Positions 35,421 through 44,363 of a stretch of DNA of 64,000 bases are shown here, in pieces. The stretch's first letter is position 1. Each line of letters starts with the position of its first letter. The DNA lies in the NCBI GenBank assembly GCA_036558305.1, contig DATBFX010000008.1, positions 7,113 through 71,112 on the forward strand. Direction: 5' to 3'. Position numbers and translations under genes: made by a program. Origin of the DNA: Thermomicrobiales bacterium (lineage in GTDB: Bacteria; Chloroflexota; Chloroflexia; Thermomicrobiales; UBA6265). The notes beneath the pieces were generated by a model that did not search any database, was not told the origin of the DNA, and saw only the letters and a program-made list of their open reading frames with translations.

Positions 35421-36611
35421 CGCGAGTCGTCCATACACCGGGAACGGATCAGGTCCGAGCAGCGGCAGCGCGTAGTCGCGGAAGGCGTCCGTGATTGAGC
35501 GTCCGTCCTCGCCGATGAACGCGGCGGGAAACGGTCGGATGCGATTCGCGACCCGGTCGAGCGGCACGGAGCCGATCTCGCAGCGGTATGGAGAATCCCC
35601 GATGCGGACGAGCGTGGTCATGACGTCGGAGATGCCGCGTGCCGCGAGATCGGCGGCGGCACGACCCGCACGCTCGGCTTCGTCGAGGTCGCATGGGGAG
35701 GCGAGGGCGATCGCCATCCGGGCGGCGGTGCCGGGGCGCTCGAAGCGGGCGCGGAGACCGAGCCGCCCGGTGACGAGACGGGTCAGGGTGACCGCGGGTT
35801 GGGTGTGGTACGGGTGACCGAAGGGGTCGACGTAGTCCGGTTCGTCGCCGCCCAGATGGCGGCCGGCGGCGTCGCGCAGGGTCTCGGGGACGACGGCAAC
35901 GGTCCAACCGCGCGCCCGAACCTGCGCCGCGATCTCCGCGAGGATGGCATCGGCGTCGAGCGGCGGGCGCTCCGGAAGATAGAGGAGCGGCAGGAGATCG
36001 CGTTCGTCCGCGGCGAAGCCGAGCGCGCAGGCGGCGGGGACCCACCCGGCGTCGCGGCCCATCACGTCGACGAATTTGACCGGGTAGAGCTGGGGCGAGG
36101 CGAGGGTGTCGTAGGTCGCATCGCGGACGGCGTGGGCCAGGAAGCGGGCAAGCGACGGGTAGCCGGGGCAGTGGTCGGTTTCCGGCAGGTCGTTGTCGAT
36201 CGTCTTCGGGACGGCGACGACCGCGAGCTCGTATCCAGCGGAAACGGCAGATTGGTGGAGGCGGTGCGCGGTATCGGCGGAATCGTTGCCGCCGATGTAG
36301 ACCAACGCGCGCACCGAGTGGCGGCGCAAGAGGTCGAGCGCGAGGTCGAGTTCCTCTTCGCGGAGTTTGCGGCGACCGGTGCCGAGCGCGGCGGACGGTG
36401 TGCGGCGAAGGCGATCGAGGAGCTCACGCGGTTGGGATCCAAGATCGATGAATCGCTCGGTGAGGAGACCGTCGATCCCATTGCGCATCCCGCGCACGCG
36501 CCCGAATCGCCCCGAGGCGAGGGCACCGTCGACGACACCGACCAAGCTCGCGTTGATGACGGCCGTCGCACCGCCGGATTGGCCGACGAGAAGGGTGTTC
36601 GGTGCGGGCAT
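35406..36611 (-). CDS. 6-phosphofructokinase family protein (possibly PPi-dependent)
   Basis: ATG at 36611. GQSGGATAVINASL, IGGNDS and PKTIDNDL motifs. Confidence 0.85.
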   Translation of the reverse strand: MPAPNTLLVGQSGGATAVINASLVGVVDGALASGRFGRVRGMRNGIDGLLTERFIDLGSQPRELLDRLRRTPSAALGTGRRKLREEELDLALDLLRRHSVRALVYIGGNDSADTAHRLHQSAVSAGYELAVVAVPKTIDNDLPETDHCPGYPSLARFLAHAVRDATYDTLASPQLYPVKFVDVMGRDAGWVPAACALGFAADERDLLPLLYLPERPPLDADAILAEIAAQVRARGWTVAVVPETLRDAAGRHLGGDEPDYVDPFGHPYHTQPAVTLTRLVTGRLGLRARFERPGTAARMAIALASPCDLDEAERAGRAAADLAARGISDVMTTLVRIGDSPYRCEIGSVPLDRVANRIRPFPAAFIGEDGRSITDAFRDYALPLLGPDPFPVYGRLASDSA

Positions 36612-36664
36612 CGGTTGGTCCTGAATCGATCGCGTGTCCAAAATCCTGGCGTCACGAGGGCATT

Positions 36665-36752
36665 GTAGGGGCGGTTCGCCGTGTCCGCCCTCGTGCATGA
36701 GCACAATCGGGGAGGGCGGACAGCGCCCAGAGGGCACCCGGTCCGCCCCTAC
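36665..36752. repeat. 88-bp palindromic intergenic repeat, copy 2
   Basis: Same termini and core as 19379-19467. Confidence 0.85.
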
Positions 36753-36793
36753 AGAATGATCCGTCCGAACTCCTTAAGCTCCGATCCGTCGGT

Positions 36794-39409
36794 TCAGCGC
36801 TGGATCTGGCGCTTGATGGTCGGGTCGGTGATGGCGGTGTCGCCGGCGAGCAGGAAGGCTTTGCTGAGGATGATGGTGAGCATGCCGTCGCCTTCGAAGG
36901 GGAGGAGGAGACCTTGGGCGGGATCTTTGGCGGAAGCGCCGCGGCTGGGGACGATGCAGAGGTACTGGTTGTTCGGTTCCATCAGGACGTTGCCGCTGCC
37001 GAGGTGGATCTTGTAGGTGCGGAGGTCGCCGCGGACGACGAGGAACTTGTCGGCGAGGGAACACCGTGACGCGATCTTGAGGCGCGGAAGGAGGCGCTCG
37101 AGGACGACGCGGCGGGTCCGTGCCGATGTGCTCAGGTCACCGAAGGCGAAACTGTTCCAGTAATCGCCGTACCGATCGGCGCCGCGGTCGGCCCAGGTTG
37201 GATCGTTCCCGACGCTGGAGACCGCGACGAAGAGATCGACGTCGCGCATCACCTCCGAGAAGACGACCGTGGGGATGTCGGTCAACGGAGCCGGCTGTCC
37301 CCGACGATCGATGCGCCGAAAGCGGACTTGATCGGTGCTGACATAGAGGGAGACGCCGGCCCGAGAGAGCGCCGCGTCGGATTCGGGTGCCCCTTCGACC
37401 CAAAACTCGACCATCAAGGTCGCTTCGGGCAGCATCAACGTCGGGTTGTTGGCGCCGTCCCAGGCGCCTTGTAGGCGGTATGCCCAACCGCGTGACTGGC
37501 AGAGGGCATGAAGCTGGTGTTGGCGGAGGATGTGTCCGGCGAACCGGTTCGAGTAGGTTTCGGTGGCCAACTCGGCATCGGTCAAGACGTAGACCTCGCG
37601 ATGGGCCTGTTTGAATGGCTGGGTGACCGCGTGACGGTCGAGCCAGTCTTGCCACGCCTCGACGGTCGTTGCGTCCGCGTCGATCGAGTGCCAGAGGCGA
37701 ACGCGCGTCTCGTCGGTGATCTCGCCCAGCGGGCGGTCGTCCACGGCGACGATGCTGCCGTCGTGCCAGGCTCCCAGCGCCCTGTAGTCGCCGGTGCGAA
37801 ATTGCCAGATCAGCCGGCGGGAAAACCACGAGAGGAGCGGGTGATCCAGATAGCGCTGTCGCCAGTCGGCCAGCGACCAGGTCCGCTCCGTCAAGAGGAA
37901 CCGTTCGATGCGGTCGCGTTGCGCAGGGAGCATCTTCCGGACGTCGTCGACCAGTCGCTTCAACGCCTTGAGTTCGTCCGGGTGGAGACGCTTGATGTCA
38001 GACGGCTCCGACTTACGGGGTTTGCCGTCTGGTCCGTACCACTCGACGTCGACCTGCTGGCTGCCGACCACGACGATGTCGGCGGCGTAGTCGCCGAACC
38101 GGACGCGGCGGCGACCGTCGACGAGGTCGAAGGTGGGGACGGCGAGGTCGTCGAGGTCGTCGCGGGTCATCCCTTCGCGGTGGGCGGCGGCTTCGAGGGC
38201 GGCGTCGATCTGAGACAAGGCGGAGGGTTGCTTGACCCGCTGCCGGAGGCGTTGCAGTTGGGCGACGCCGTGCAGCCCCGGCATCGCGCCGAGGGCATAG
38301 ACGCAGGCGTTACCGGCTTTCGTCGAACGCGCGCCGATGTTGGGGATCTTCTTGAAGCACGCCTCGGCGGCGTCGCCGACGGTCGAGGCGGTGAGGGGAT
38401 CGTCGTAAAGTACGCAGCACCAGGCGAGTCCCTTGAGGAGATTGCCGTTGCGCTCGCCGACGATCGAGGTCGGCATGACGTCGCCCGTGATGTAGACGCG
38501 AGACGATGGCAATGTGGCAGTGTCTGGCACGGGTCGAGCGGGTGCGTGCATGAAGGCCAGGCACGCCGTCAGGATTTGTCGACTCCGTTCACGGCCGATC
38601 GCGTCGATCCGTTCGGCGGCGCGTTTCAACCAGGGTTTCGTCGGTTTGGAGCCGTTCGCGGTAGCGGCGTAGCGAAGCAGGTCGTGCCAGGCCGCACGGT
38701 CGGTGTCGTCCAACGTCGCAAATGCCTCGCACGCGGCGTAACCCCAATCGTCATCGGGTTCGAAAGGATCCGCTTCGGGTTGGGGACCGGCCAGCATCGA
38801 AACGACCAGCGCCAGGGCTTTTCGTTCGTCGGCATAGACTGCCGAGGCGTGACCGGCGATCTGCAGACGCTGGAGCCCGGCGCGGATTGCCGGCGGCAGA
38901 CCGTTGTCGGTCACCCAGCGCTCGATGCTCTTGACGATGCTGAGAAGTGGGACCCAACTTCGCCAGGTTGAGTTGCTTGCCGCGAGAAGCGCCAACATCT
39001 GCCGCAGGTCGGCCTCCTCAAAGGGTAGCCGGTGGCGGCAAAGTTGCGGGATGAGCGCCCTGAGGGCGTAAAGATCGTGCCCATGCACGTGCGCCTCGAG
39101 GAGCCTTATCAACCGGTCCACGGCCAAGACGACCGTGGCGGCCTGCAAAGAAGGATCGGTGGCGAGCAGAGCGCACCCGGCAGGTGTGTCGGCGGGGCGA
39201 ATCTGCCACGGATAGTGCTGCCCGGAGACGGCGACGGCTTCGAGGTAGTCGGCGAGCAGGAGACGTGGTTGGCCATCCCGATTTCCTGCCGGCGACGCGG
39301 ATTCGGACCTGCCCAGGACCGACGTCACCACGTCCGCGAGTGCCACCGAACACCTCCCAGTCTGGACTCCAATGGAAGACATCGTCTCGACATTTGCCGC
39401 CGACGTCAC
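36794..39409 (-). CDS. Large DUF4132-domain protein (MolR/YehI-like)
   Basis: 871 aa. The C-terminal block VVRGDLRTYKIHLGSGNVLMEPNNQYLCIVP is the DUF4132 signature as I recall it. The N-terminal two thirds appear helical-repeat-like. Confidence 0.65.
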   Translation of the reverse strand: MTSAANVETMSSIGVQTGRCSVALADVVTSVLGRSESASPAGNRDGQPRLLLADYLEAVAVSGQHYPWQIRPADTPAGCALLATDPSLQAATVVLAVDRLIRLLEAHVHGHDLYALRALIPQLCRHRLPFEEADLRQMLALLAASNSTWRSWVPLLSIVKSIERWVTDNGLPPAIRAGLQRLQIAGHASAVYADERKALALVVSMLAGPQPEADPFEPDDDWGYAACEAFATLDDTDRAAWHDLLRYAATANGSKPTKPWLKRAAERIDAIGRERSRQILTACLAFMHAPARPVPDTATLPSSRVYITGDVMPTSIVGERNGNLLKGLAWCCVLYDDPLTASTVGDAAEACFKKIPNIGARSTKAGNACVYALGAMPGLHGVAQLQRLRQRVKQPSALSQIDAALEAAAHREGMTRDDLDDLAVPTFDLVDGRRRVRFGDYAADIVVVGSQQVDVEWYGPDGKPRKSEPSDIKRLHPDELKALKRLVDDVRKMLPAQRDRIERFLLTERTWSLADWRQRYLDHPLLSWFSRRLIWQFRTGDYRALGAWHDGSIVAVDDRPLGEITDETRVRLWHSIDADATTVEAWQDWLDRHAVTQPFKQAHREVYVLTDAELATETYSNRFAGHILRQHQLHALCQSRGWAYRLQGAWDGANNPTLMLPEATLMVEFWVEGAPESDAALSRAGVSLYVSTDQVRFRRIDRRGQPAPLTDIPTVVFSEVMRDVDLFVAVSSVGNDPTWADRGADRYGDYWNSFAFGDLSTSARTRRVVLERLLPRLKIASRCSLADKFLVVRGDLRTYKIHLGSGNVLMEPNNQYLCIVPSRGASAKDPAQGLLLPFEGDGMLTIILSKAFLLAGDTAITDPTIKRQIQR

Positions 39410-39427
39410 GCGCGCCTGTACCCGCGC

Positions 39428-39823
39428 CTAGCCACCGACGAGTGGGACGAGTTTGAGGAAACTCACCCTGGCGTCGTAGCGAAGCTCGATCTCTTCGTCT
39501 AAATCGTCGAGTTGCCGGTCGTCGACCAGAATGAGGAATCCGTTGGCCCGAAAACCCCTCAGCGCCCGCTTGTACTGCTCCTCCCAATCGATCTTCCGCT
39601 GCTGGCGGAGGCGGAACCCCCCTTGTGTCCGCTCCGCCCCCTCGGGTTGGACGAGACCTCGGAAGTACTCGGATTGGCGGGCGTTGTACTCGGCGACCTC
39701 CTGGTAGATGCGGGCGCGGATGAGTTCGCGGACGCTCACCCGCTCGTTGAGGAATTCGAGGGGAAATTCGTTCAGGGTGGTGCCGGTCGCGGTTTCGTCG
39801 GCGACGGTGATGAGGGTAGCCAC
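39428..39823 (-). CDS. Small hypothetical protein ending in Gly-Gly (possible beta-grasp/ubiquitin-like)
   Basis: GTG at 39823 lies 7 nt after AGGAGG. 131 aa. The C-terminus ...VSFLKLVPLVGG is followed directly by TAG. It ends 18 nt upstream of the DUF4132 gene. Confidence 0.5.
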   Translation of the reverse strand: MATLITVADETATGTTLNEFPLEFLNERVSVRELIRARIYQEVAEYNARQSEYFRGLVQPEGAERTQGGFRLRQQRKIDWEEQYKRALRGFRANGFLILVDDRQLDDLDEEIELRYDARVSFLKLVPLVGG

Positions 39824-40019
39824 CGAGTTGCCTCCTTTGTCCGAGGTCGATGATCGCGGTTTGTTGCCGAGCCCGGAATGCCCCAACGGTCGGGTTTCGG
39901 TCGGTACGAATAGATCATACGTTCTTTTTGCGGGCCGCGCAAGCCGAGCGAACCGCAATCCGTTTGCGGGGCCCGGCGGGCGCGTGCAAGCTCGGTTGTG
40001 CGCCGCGCCCTCTTGACCG

Positions 40020-41441
40020 ATGATGCGTGCCCCAACGAGTTCCCTCGCGTCCGCGACTGATCGCAATGTCGGAGGATGGGCCGTGGCGGCGAGCCGGCGG
40101 CAGGTAGCGGATCAACGCTCGAGAATTGGCGCGGAATCTCGCGGCGAATTGAGTGCCGCCGCCCGGCAGCGAGGTTTGATCGTTCTGCTGGCGGCGACCT
40201 TTCTGACCTGGGGCGGCTTCTTCGTCGTCGTGCCGTTGATCGCCGTCCATTACGTCGACGGCCTGGGGTGGGCGGCGAGCTCGATCGGTCTCGTCCTGGC
40301 GGTGCGGCAGTTTACCCAGCAGGGGACGACGACGCTGAGCGGGGCGCTGGCCGACAGGCTGGGGGCGAAGGGGTTGATCTGCGCCGGGATGTTCGTCCGC
40401 GCGCTCGGGTTTGCCATCATGGCGCGCGCCGATACCTTCCCGATCCTGATGCTCTCGGCGATCGTCGCGGCGCTCGGCGGCGGGTTGTTCGAGTCGCCCA
40501 AGGCGGCGGCGATCGCGACCCTGACGGACGAAAGCAACCGGCGCCGCTTCTACTCGCTGGCCGGCGTGGTCGCCGGTCTCGGGGTGGCGATCGGGACCCA
40601 AGTCGGGGCGCTGCTGATCAGGCAAGACTTCGCGACCGTCTCGCTCGCCGGTGCCGTCGTGTTCTTCGTCACCTTCCTCCTGGTATTGATCTTCTTACCG
40701 GCGGTCCGGGTCGCCACGGAGTCGCACGGTGTGTTTCAAGGGTTTGCGCGGGTCTCACGCGACACGCTGTTCGCCGCCTATGTCTGCCTCTTGATGGGTT
40801 ACTGGTTCATGTCGACCCAGTTCAACCTGTCGCTGACGTTGACGGCGGCAGCGGTGGCCGGAACGGACACGGCCGTCGCCTGGGTTTGGGGAGTCAATTC
40901 GGCCGCCACGGTGCTGCTGGGTTATCCGCTGCCGCGTCTGGTCGAGCACCGCATCTCGGCCTACCCGATGCTCGTCGTGGGAGTCGTCGTGACGGCACTC
41001 GGCATGGGGCTCGTCGGCGCGGCCTCGAACGTGCCGGTACTCCTTGCATGCGTTTTTATCATCTCGCTCGGATCGGTCCTGGTTCGGCCGGGAGAGCAGA
41101 CGGTGACGGCGGGGCTGGCGGCACCGGCCGCCCGCGGATCGTACTTCGGGGTCGCTGCACTCAGCCTGGCGATCGGCGGCGGTCTCGGCAACTACACCGG
41201 CGGGTTGATCTACGACTACGGCGAACGCTCCAACATGCCCGCGCTACCATGGTTGGTCTTTGGCGGGATTGGACTGATTGCCGCGGCGGGGTTGTGGCGA
41301 TTGGGGGCGAAGATCGATCGTCGGGAGGGTGTGGGCGTGGAAGTCGGCCCTCACCCCCGGCCCCTCACCCTTCCGAGGGAGAGGGGAGACGACGCGGCGC
41401 GCTCCCCCTCGCCCGCGGTCGGGAGAGGGGGCAGGGGGTGA
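40020..41441 (+). CDS. MFS transporter
   Basis: 12 TM-like segments and an MFS loop (GALADRLGAKG). The start is uncertain. The last ~30 codons run into a palindromic repeat. Confidence 0.8.
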   Translation: MMRAPTSSLASATDRNVGGWAVAASRRQVADQRSRIGAESRGELSAAARQRGLIVLLAATFLTWGGFFVVVPLIAVHYVDGLGWAASSIGLVLAVRQFTQQGTTTLSGALADRLGAKGLICAGMFVRALGFAIMARADTFPILMLSAIVAALGGGLFESPKAAAIATLTDESNRRRFYSLAGVVAGLGVAIGTQVGALLIRQDFATVSLAGAVVFFVTFLLVLIFLPAVRVATESHGVFQGFARVSRDTLFAAYVCLLMGYWFMSTQFNLSLTLTAAAVAGTDTAVAWVWGVNSAATVLLGYPLPRLVEHRISAYPMLVVGVVVTALGMGLVGAASNVPVLLACVFIISLGSVLVRPGEQTVTAGLAAPAARGSYFGVAALSLAIGGGLGNYTGGLIYDYGERSNMPALPWLVFGGIGLIAAAGLWRLGAKIDRREGVGVEVGPHPRPLTLPRERGDDAARSPSPAVGRGGRG

Positions 41442-41446
41442 GGGCC
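41346..41446. repeat. About 100-bp G/C-rich palindromic element (GGCCCTCACCCCCGGCCCCTC ... GAGGGGGCAGGGGGTGAGGGCC)
   Basis: Nested inverted repeats read directly. The element lies between convergent genes and contains the MFS stop codon. A related half-copy lies at 10186-10232. Confidence 0.7.
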
Positions 41447-41451
41447 GGTCG

Positions 41452-44094
41452 TTAGTGCTCCCGCACTTTCTCGTGCCCGTGCAGCGGCGTGTGGAGGTGC
41501 GCCACCCCCTGCTGATGCAGACGCCCGTGGAGCCGGCTGTGCGCCGCTTCGAGCGTCGCCCTCAATTGCTTGAACCGTTGCGCCTCCGGACGCGGTGCGA
41601 TCGTGTCGACGTAGGCGATGGCGCCCTCGATCTGTTCGAGGACGGCGACCGCGTCGGGTTGGCAGAAGATGGGGGCGTCGCCGACGAGGAGTTGGACGGC
41701 GCTGGTGTGGGCGGCGACGTCGCCTTCTCTGCCACGGAGACTGCCGCGAACGCGGAGGGCGATCCAGGACGATGCCGACACGCGCACCGAAGCGCCGCCC
41801 GTCGTCGAGAGCGTGCCACCGACATCGCGTTGTTCGGCGACGAGCCCGCCGACGACGACCTCGACCTGGTCGATCGGTACCCGCACCGATTCGACCGTCC
41901 AGGTGACGTCGACCGTTCCGCCGGACGCGGGGAGATCGATCCGGCTGCCGGCCGGTTGCCCGTTGACGGCGAATTCGACGAGCGGTCCCACGGTGACGAA
42001 GGTGTTGCCGGCGCGCACGGCGTCCGTCCAGTTGCCGTAGTCGAAGGCGCGTTCGCCGAGGTGGGCGTAGGTGCGGACCCCGCCCAGGAGGGACGAGGCC
42101 GACATCTTGTCGGAGCCGCCGACGACCGGGAGGTGGTAGCCGAGGTTGAGGAAGCGGTACCAATCGACCAGACCGTACGGGCCGATCTGGTTTTGGTGGG
42201 GGTTGAAGGTCATCATCTCGATGGCGTGGATCAGACCGAGGACGACGTCGGCGGCGCGTTCGCACTGCGGATTCGGGGCGTGGGGCATGACGACGAGGCC
42301 GCCCTGGTCGATGCAGCGCGTCGCCCATTCGGCCATCGTCACCTCCTGGGGATCGCCGAGGGCGGACTCGTCGGGACCGCCGGTGCAGAGCGGGGTGATC
42401 ATCGCGCCGGAATAACCGAGGAGCGAGATGTGGCCGAGGACCTGCATCCGGTTCTCGCTGCCGACGCGGACGAGGAACTCGCCGTCGCCGCCGAAGTCGC
42501 GGGCGCCGAGGGTGGTGCGACCGTCGAAGTCGCCCACGTTGGTGAACAACTCGCCCCACTGGCTGGCGAGCAGATTGACGACATTAACCCCCTCGGCCGC
42601 GCCTTCGAGGAGGGCGGTCTGGGGACTGAGGAAGTGGACGTGGGTGTCGGCCGTCACCCAGCCGCGCTCGCGCCACGGCAGGCGCCGTTCCAGCGCGAAC
42701 GTCAAGTTCTCGGTGTCGGGCTTCACCTCGGCGACCGTGCGAATCGGTGCGATCTCGTAGCCGCGGGTGATCTCGACGAAGACGCGACCGAGCGGGAGGT
42801 CGGCGACGCATTCGCCGGGGATGTAGCAGTACTGGTTGCGGTCGTTGACGAACTCGCCGTAGTTGTCCTCGAACCAGTACGGATTGACCTTGCGATGGTA
42901 GCCGCGCGGCGGCAGGTACTCGCCGTGTTCGCCGTGGAGATGCAGGCGGACGGCGACGGGTTGTTTCGTGGCCGCGTCGATCACCCGCAACCGGACCGGC
43001 CGGTCGGTAGCGGCAATCGGCTCCAGGCGCAACGCGGCCGCGGCGCCGGCACCGTTCGTCGGCAGAGCCGCCGCAAGAGCGGCATCGTCACCGGTGGCGA
43101 CGTGGAGCGTGCCCTGGGGATGGCCCGCGTATTCGACGACGACGGCATCGGTCGATGGGGTCGGCTGCACGTCGGGATCGGGACCGAGCCAGCGGGTTTC
43201 GTCGTAGTCGAGCACCGCGCGGGCCGAGATGACGGTGCCGAGATCGAGCCCGATTGCCGGCGATTGGTCGTCGGCGTCGAGCTCGTCCAGGTTGTTCAGG
43301 GTCACGCCGGCGGGCAGCGACAGTTTCAGCTTTTGGCGAACGCGCCCTTGCAGGGGGTGGTCGACGAGGGAGGTGAGGGAGATGCCGTAGACCACCGATC
43401 GCTCCGCGCGGGGCCGAAGAATCAGGGCGCGGATCGCCTTCTCAGGCGCCGGATTGGGCAAAGCGTAGAGCCAGAGGTTCTCGTCCCGGTCGCGCCCGGA
43501 GTCGACACGGGTTTCCCCTTCGCCGTACGGCGTGCGTGCCTTGCGGTCGAGGCGACGGTCGTCGGTGGCGGAGTTCCAGACGTGCGGACCGAGCGCCGGT
43601 ACCGCCGCGAAGGGGCTGGCGCCCCAGACGATGTGTCGCTGTTGGATGGCGAACCGGCGTTGCACCGGCGTGACGTGCTGGCTGCCGTCGTCGTAGACGA
43701 GCACGTAATCGGCGACGTGTGCCCCGAGGTCGTTGGCCGCGAAGACCTCGACCCGCGGTGGCAAAGGAACCTGCCCGAAGTCCGGCAGCGTGGGCTGGGG
43801 AAGATCTTCGACGGCGTGAAGAAAGACGGCGTACGTTGCCGTCGTCGGTTCGATCTCGATCCGGACCTCGTTGGCCGCTTCCTCCGCGGCGAGGAGGATC
43901 ACGTTGGACCGATCCCGTTCGCCCAGCGAGAACGGGATCCCTCGGTACGACGTGTCGCCGAACGCCCGCTCGACGCTCCAATCGGCGGCACGACCGTCGA
44001 TCGGTCGCAACCCGCCGTCGAGCCGAGCCCGATCGGCGTTGAAGACACTCGTAAGGGCAAGCGGTGTGAAGTGGGGAGATGGCGGAATCAGCAT
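41452..44094 (-). CDS. Large hypothetical protein with a central CehA/McbA (PHP-like) metallohydrolase domain
   Basis: 880 aa. WVTADTHVHFLSP, GHISLLGY, VVMPHAPNP and VVGGSDKMS resemble CehA/PHP metal-binding motifs. The N-terminal ~450 aa are unassigned. Confidence 0.65.
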   Translation of the reverse strand: MLIPPSPHFTPLALTSVFNADRARLDGGLRPIDGRAADWSVERAFGDTSYRGIPFSLGERDRSNVILLAAEEAANEVRIEIEPTTATYAVFLHAVEDLPQPTLPDFGQVPLPPRVEVFAANDLGAHVADYVLVYDDGSQHVTPVQRRFAIQQRHIVWGASPFAAVPALGPHVWNSATDDRRLDRKARTPYGEGETRVDSGRDRDENLWLYALPNPAPEKAIRALILRPRAERSVVYGISLTSLVDHPLQGRVRQKLKLSLPAGVTLNNLDELDADDQSPAIGLDLGTVISARAVLDYDETRWLGPDPDVQPTPSTDAVVVEYAGHPQGTLHVATGDDAALAAALPTNGAGAAAALRLEPIAATDRPVRLRVIDAATKQPVAVRLHLHGEHGEYLPPRGYHRKVNPYWFEDNYGEFVNDRNQYCYIPGECVADLPLGRVFVEITRGYEIAPIRTVAEVKPDTENLTFALERRLPWRERGWVTADTHVHFLSPQTALLEGAAEGVNVVNLLASQWGELFTNVGDFDGRTTLGARDFGGDGEFLVRVGSENRMQVLGHISLLGYSGAMITPLCTGGPDESALGDPQEVTMAEWATRCIDQGGLVVMPHAPNPQCERAADVVLGLIHAIEMMTFNPHQNQIGPYGLVDWYRFLNLGYHLPVVGGSDKMSASSLLGGVRTYAHLGERAFDYGNWTDAVRAGNTFVTVGPLVEFAVNGQPAGSRIDLPASGGTVDVTWTVESVRVPIDQVEVVVGGLVAEQRDVGGTLSTTGGASVRVSASSWIALRVRGSLRGREGDVAAHTSAVQLLVGDAPIFCQPDAVAVLEQIEGAIAYVDTIAPRPEAQRFKQLRATLEAAHSRLHGRLHQQGVAHLHTPLHGHEKVREH

Positions 44095-44363
44095 CCTCGA
44101 CCTCCTGCCGACAAGGTGTCGAACCTGCTACGGCGTCGGTGAGCGGACGGCAACGGGGACCCTCCGAAATCCGAAAGGTGCACGGTAAACATATCAAGAT
44201 TATGCGGAAGACGCATCGATGTGCGCGGGAGCCTCAGGGGCAGGCAGTCGCATATCATTTAAGATCAGGTCGATTTGGACGCCATGGGCGGTGCGCCCGA
44301 GATCCGCGAGCCATGGGATGAGCTCATCGCGGTGGTGCGCGTTGAGCGGGAGGAGACTGTCGG

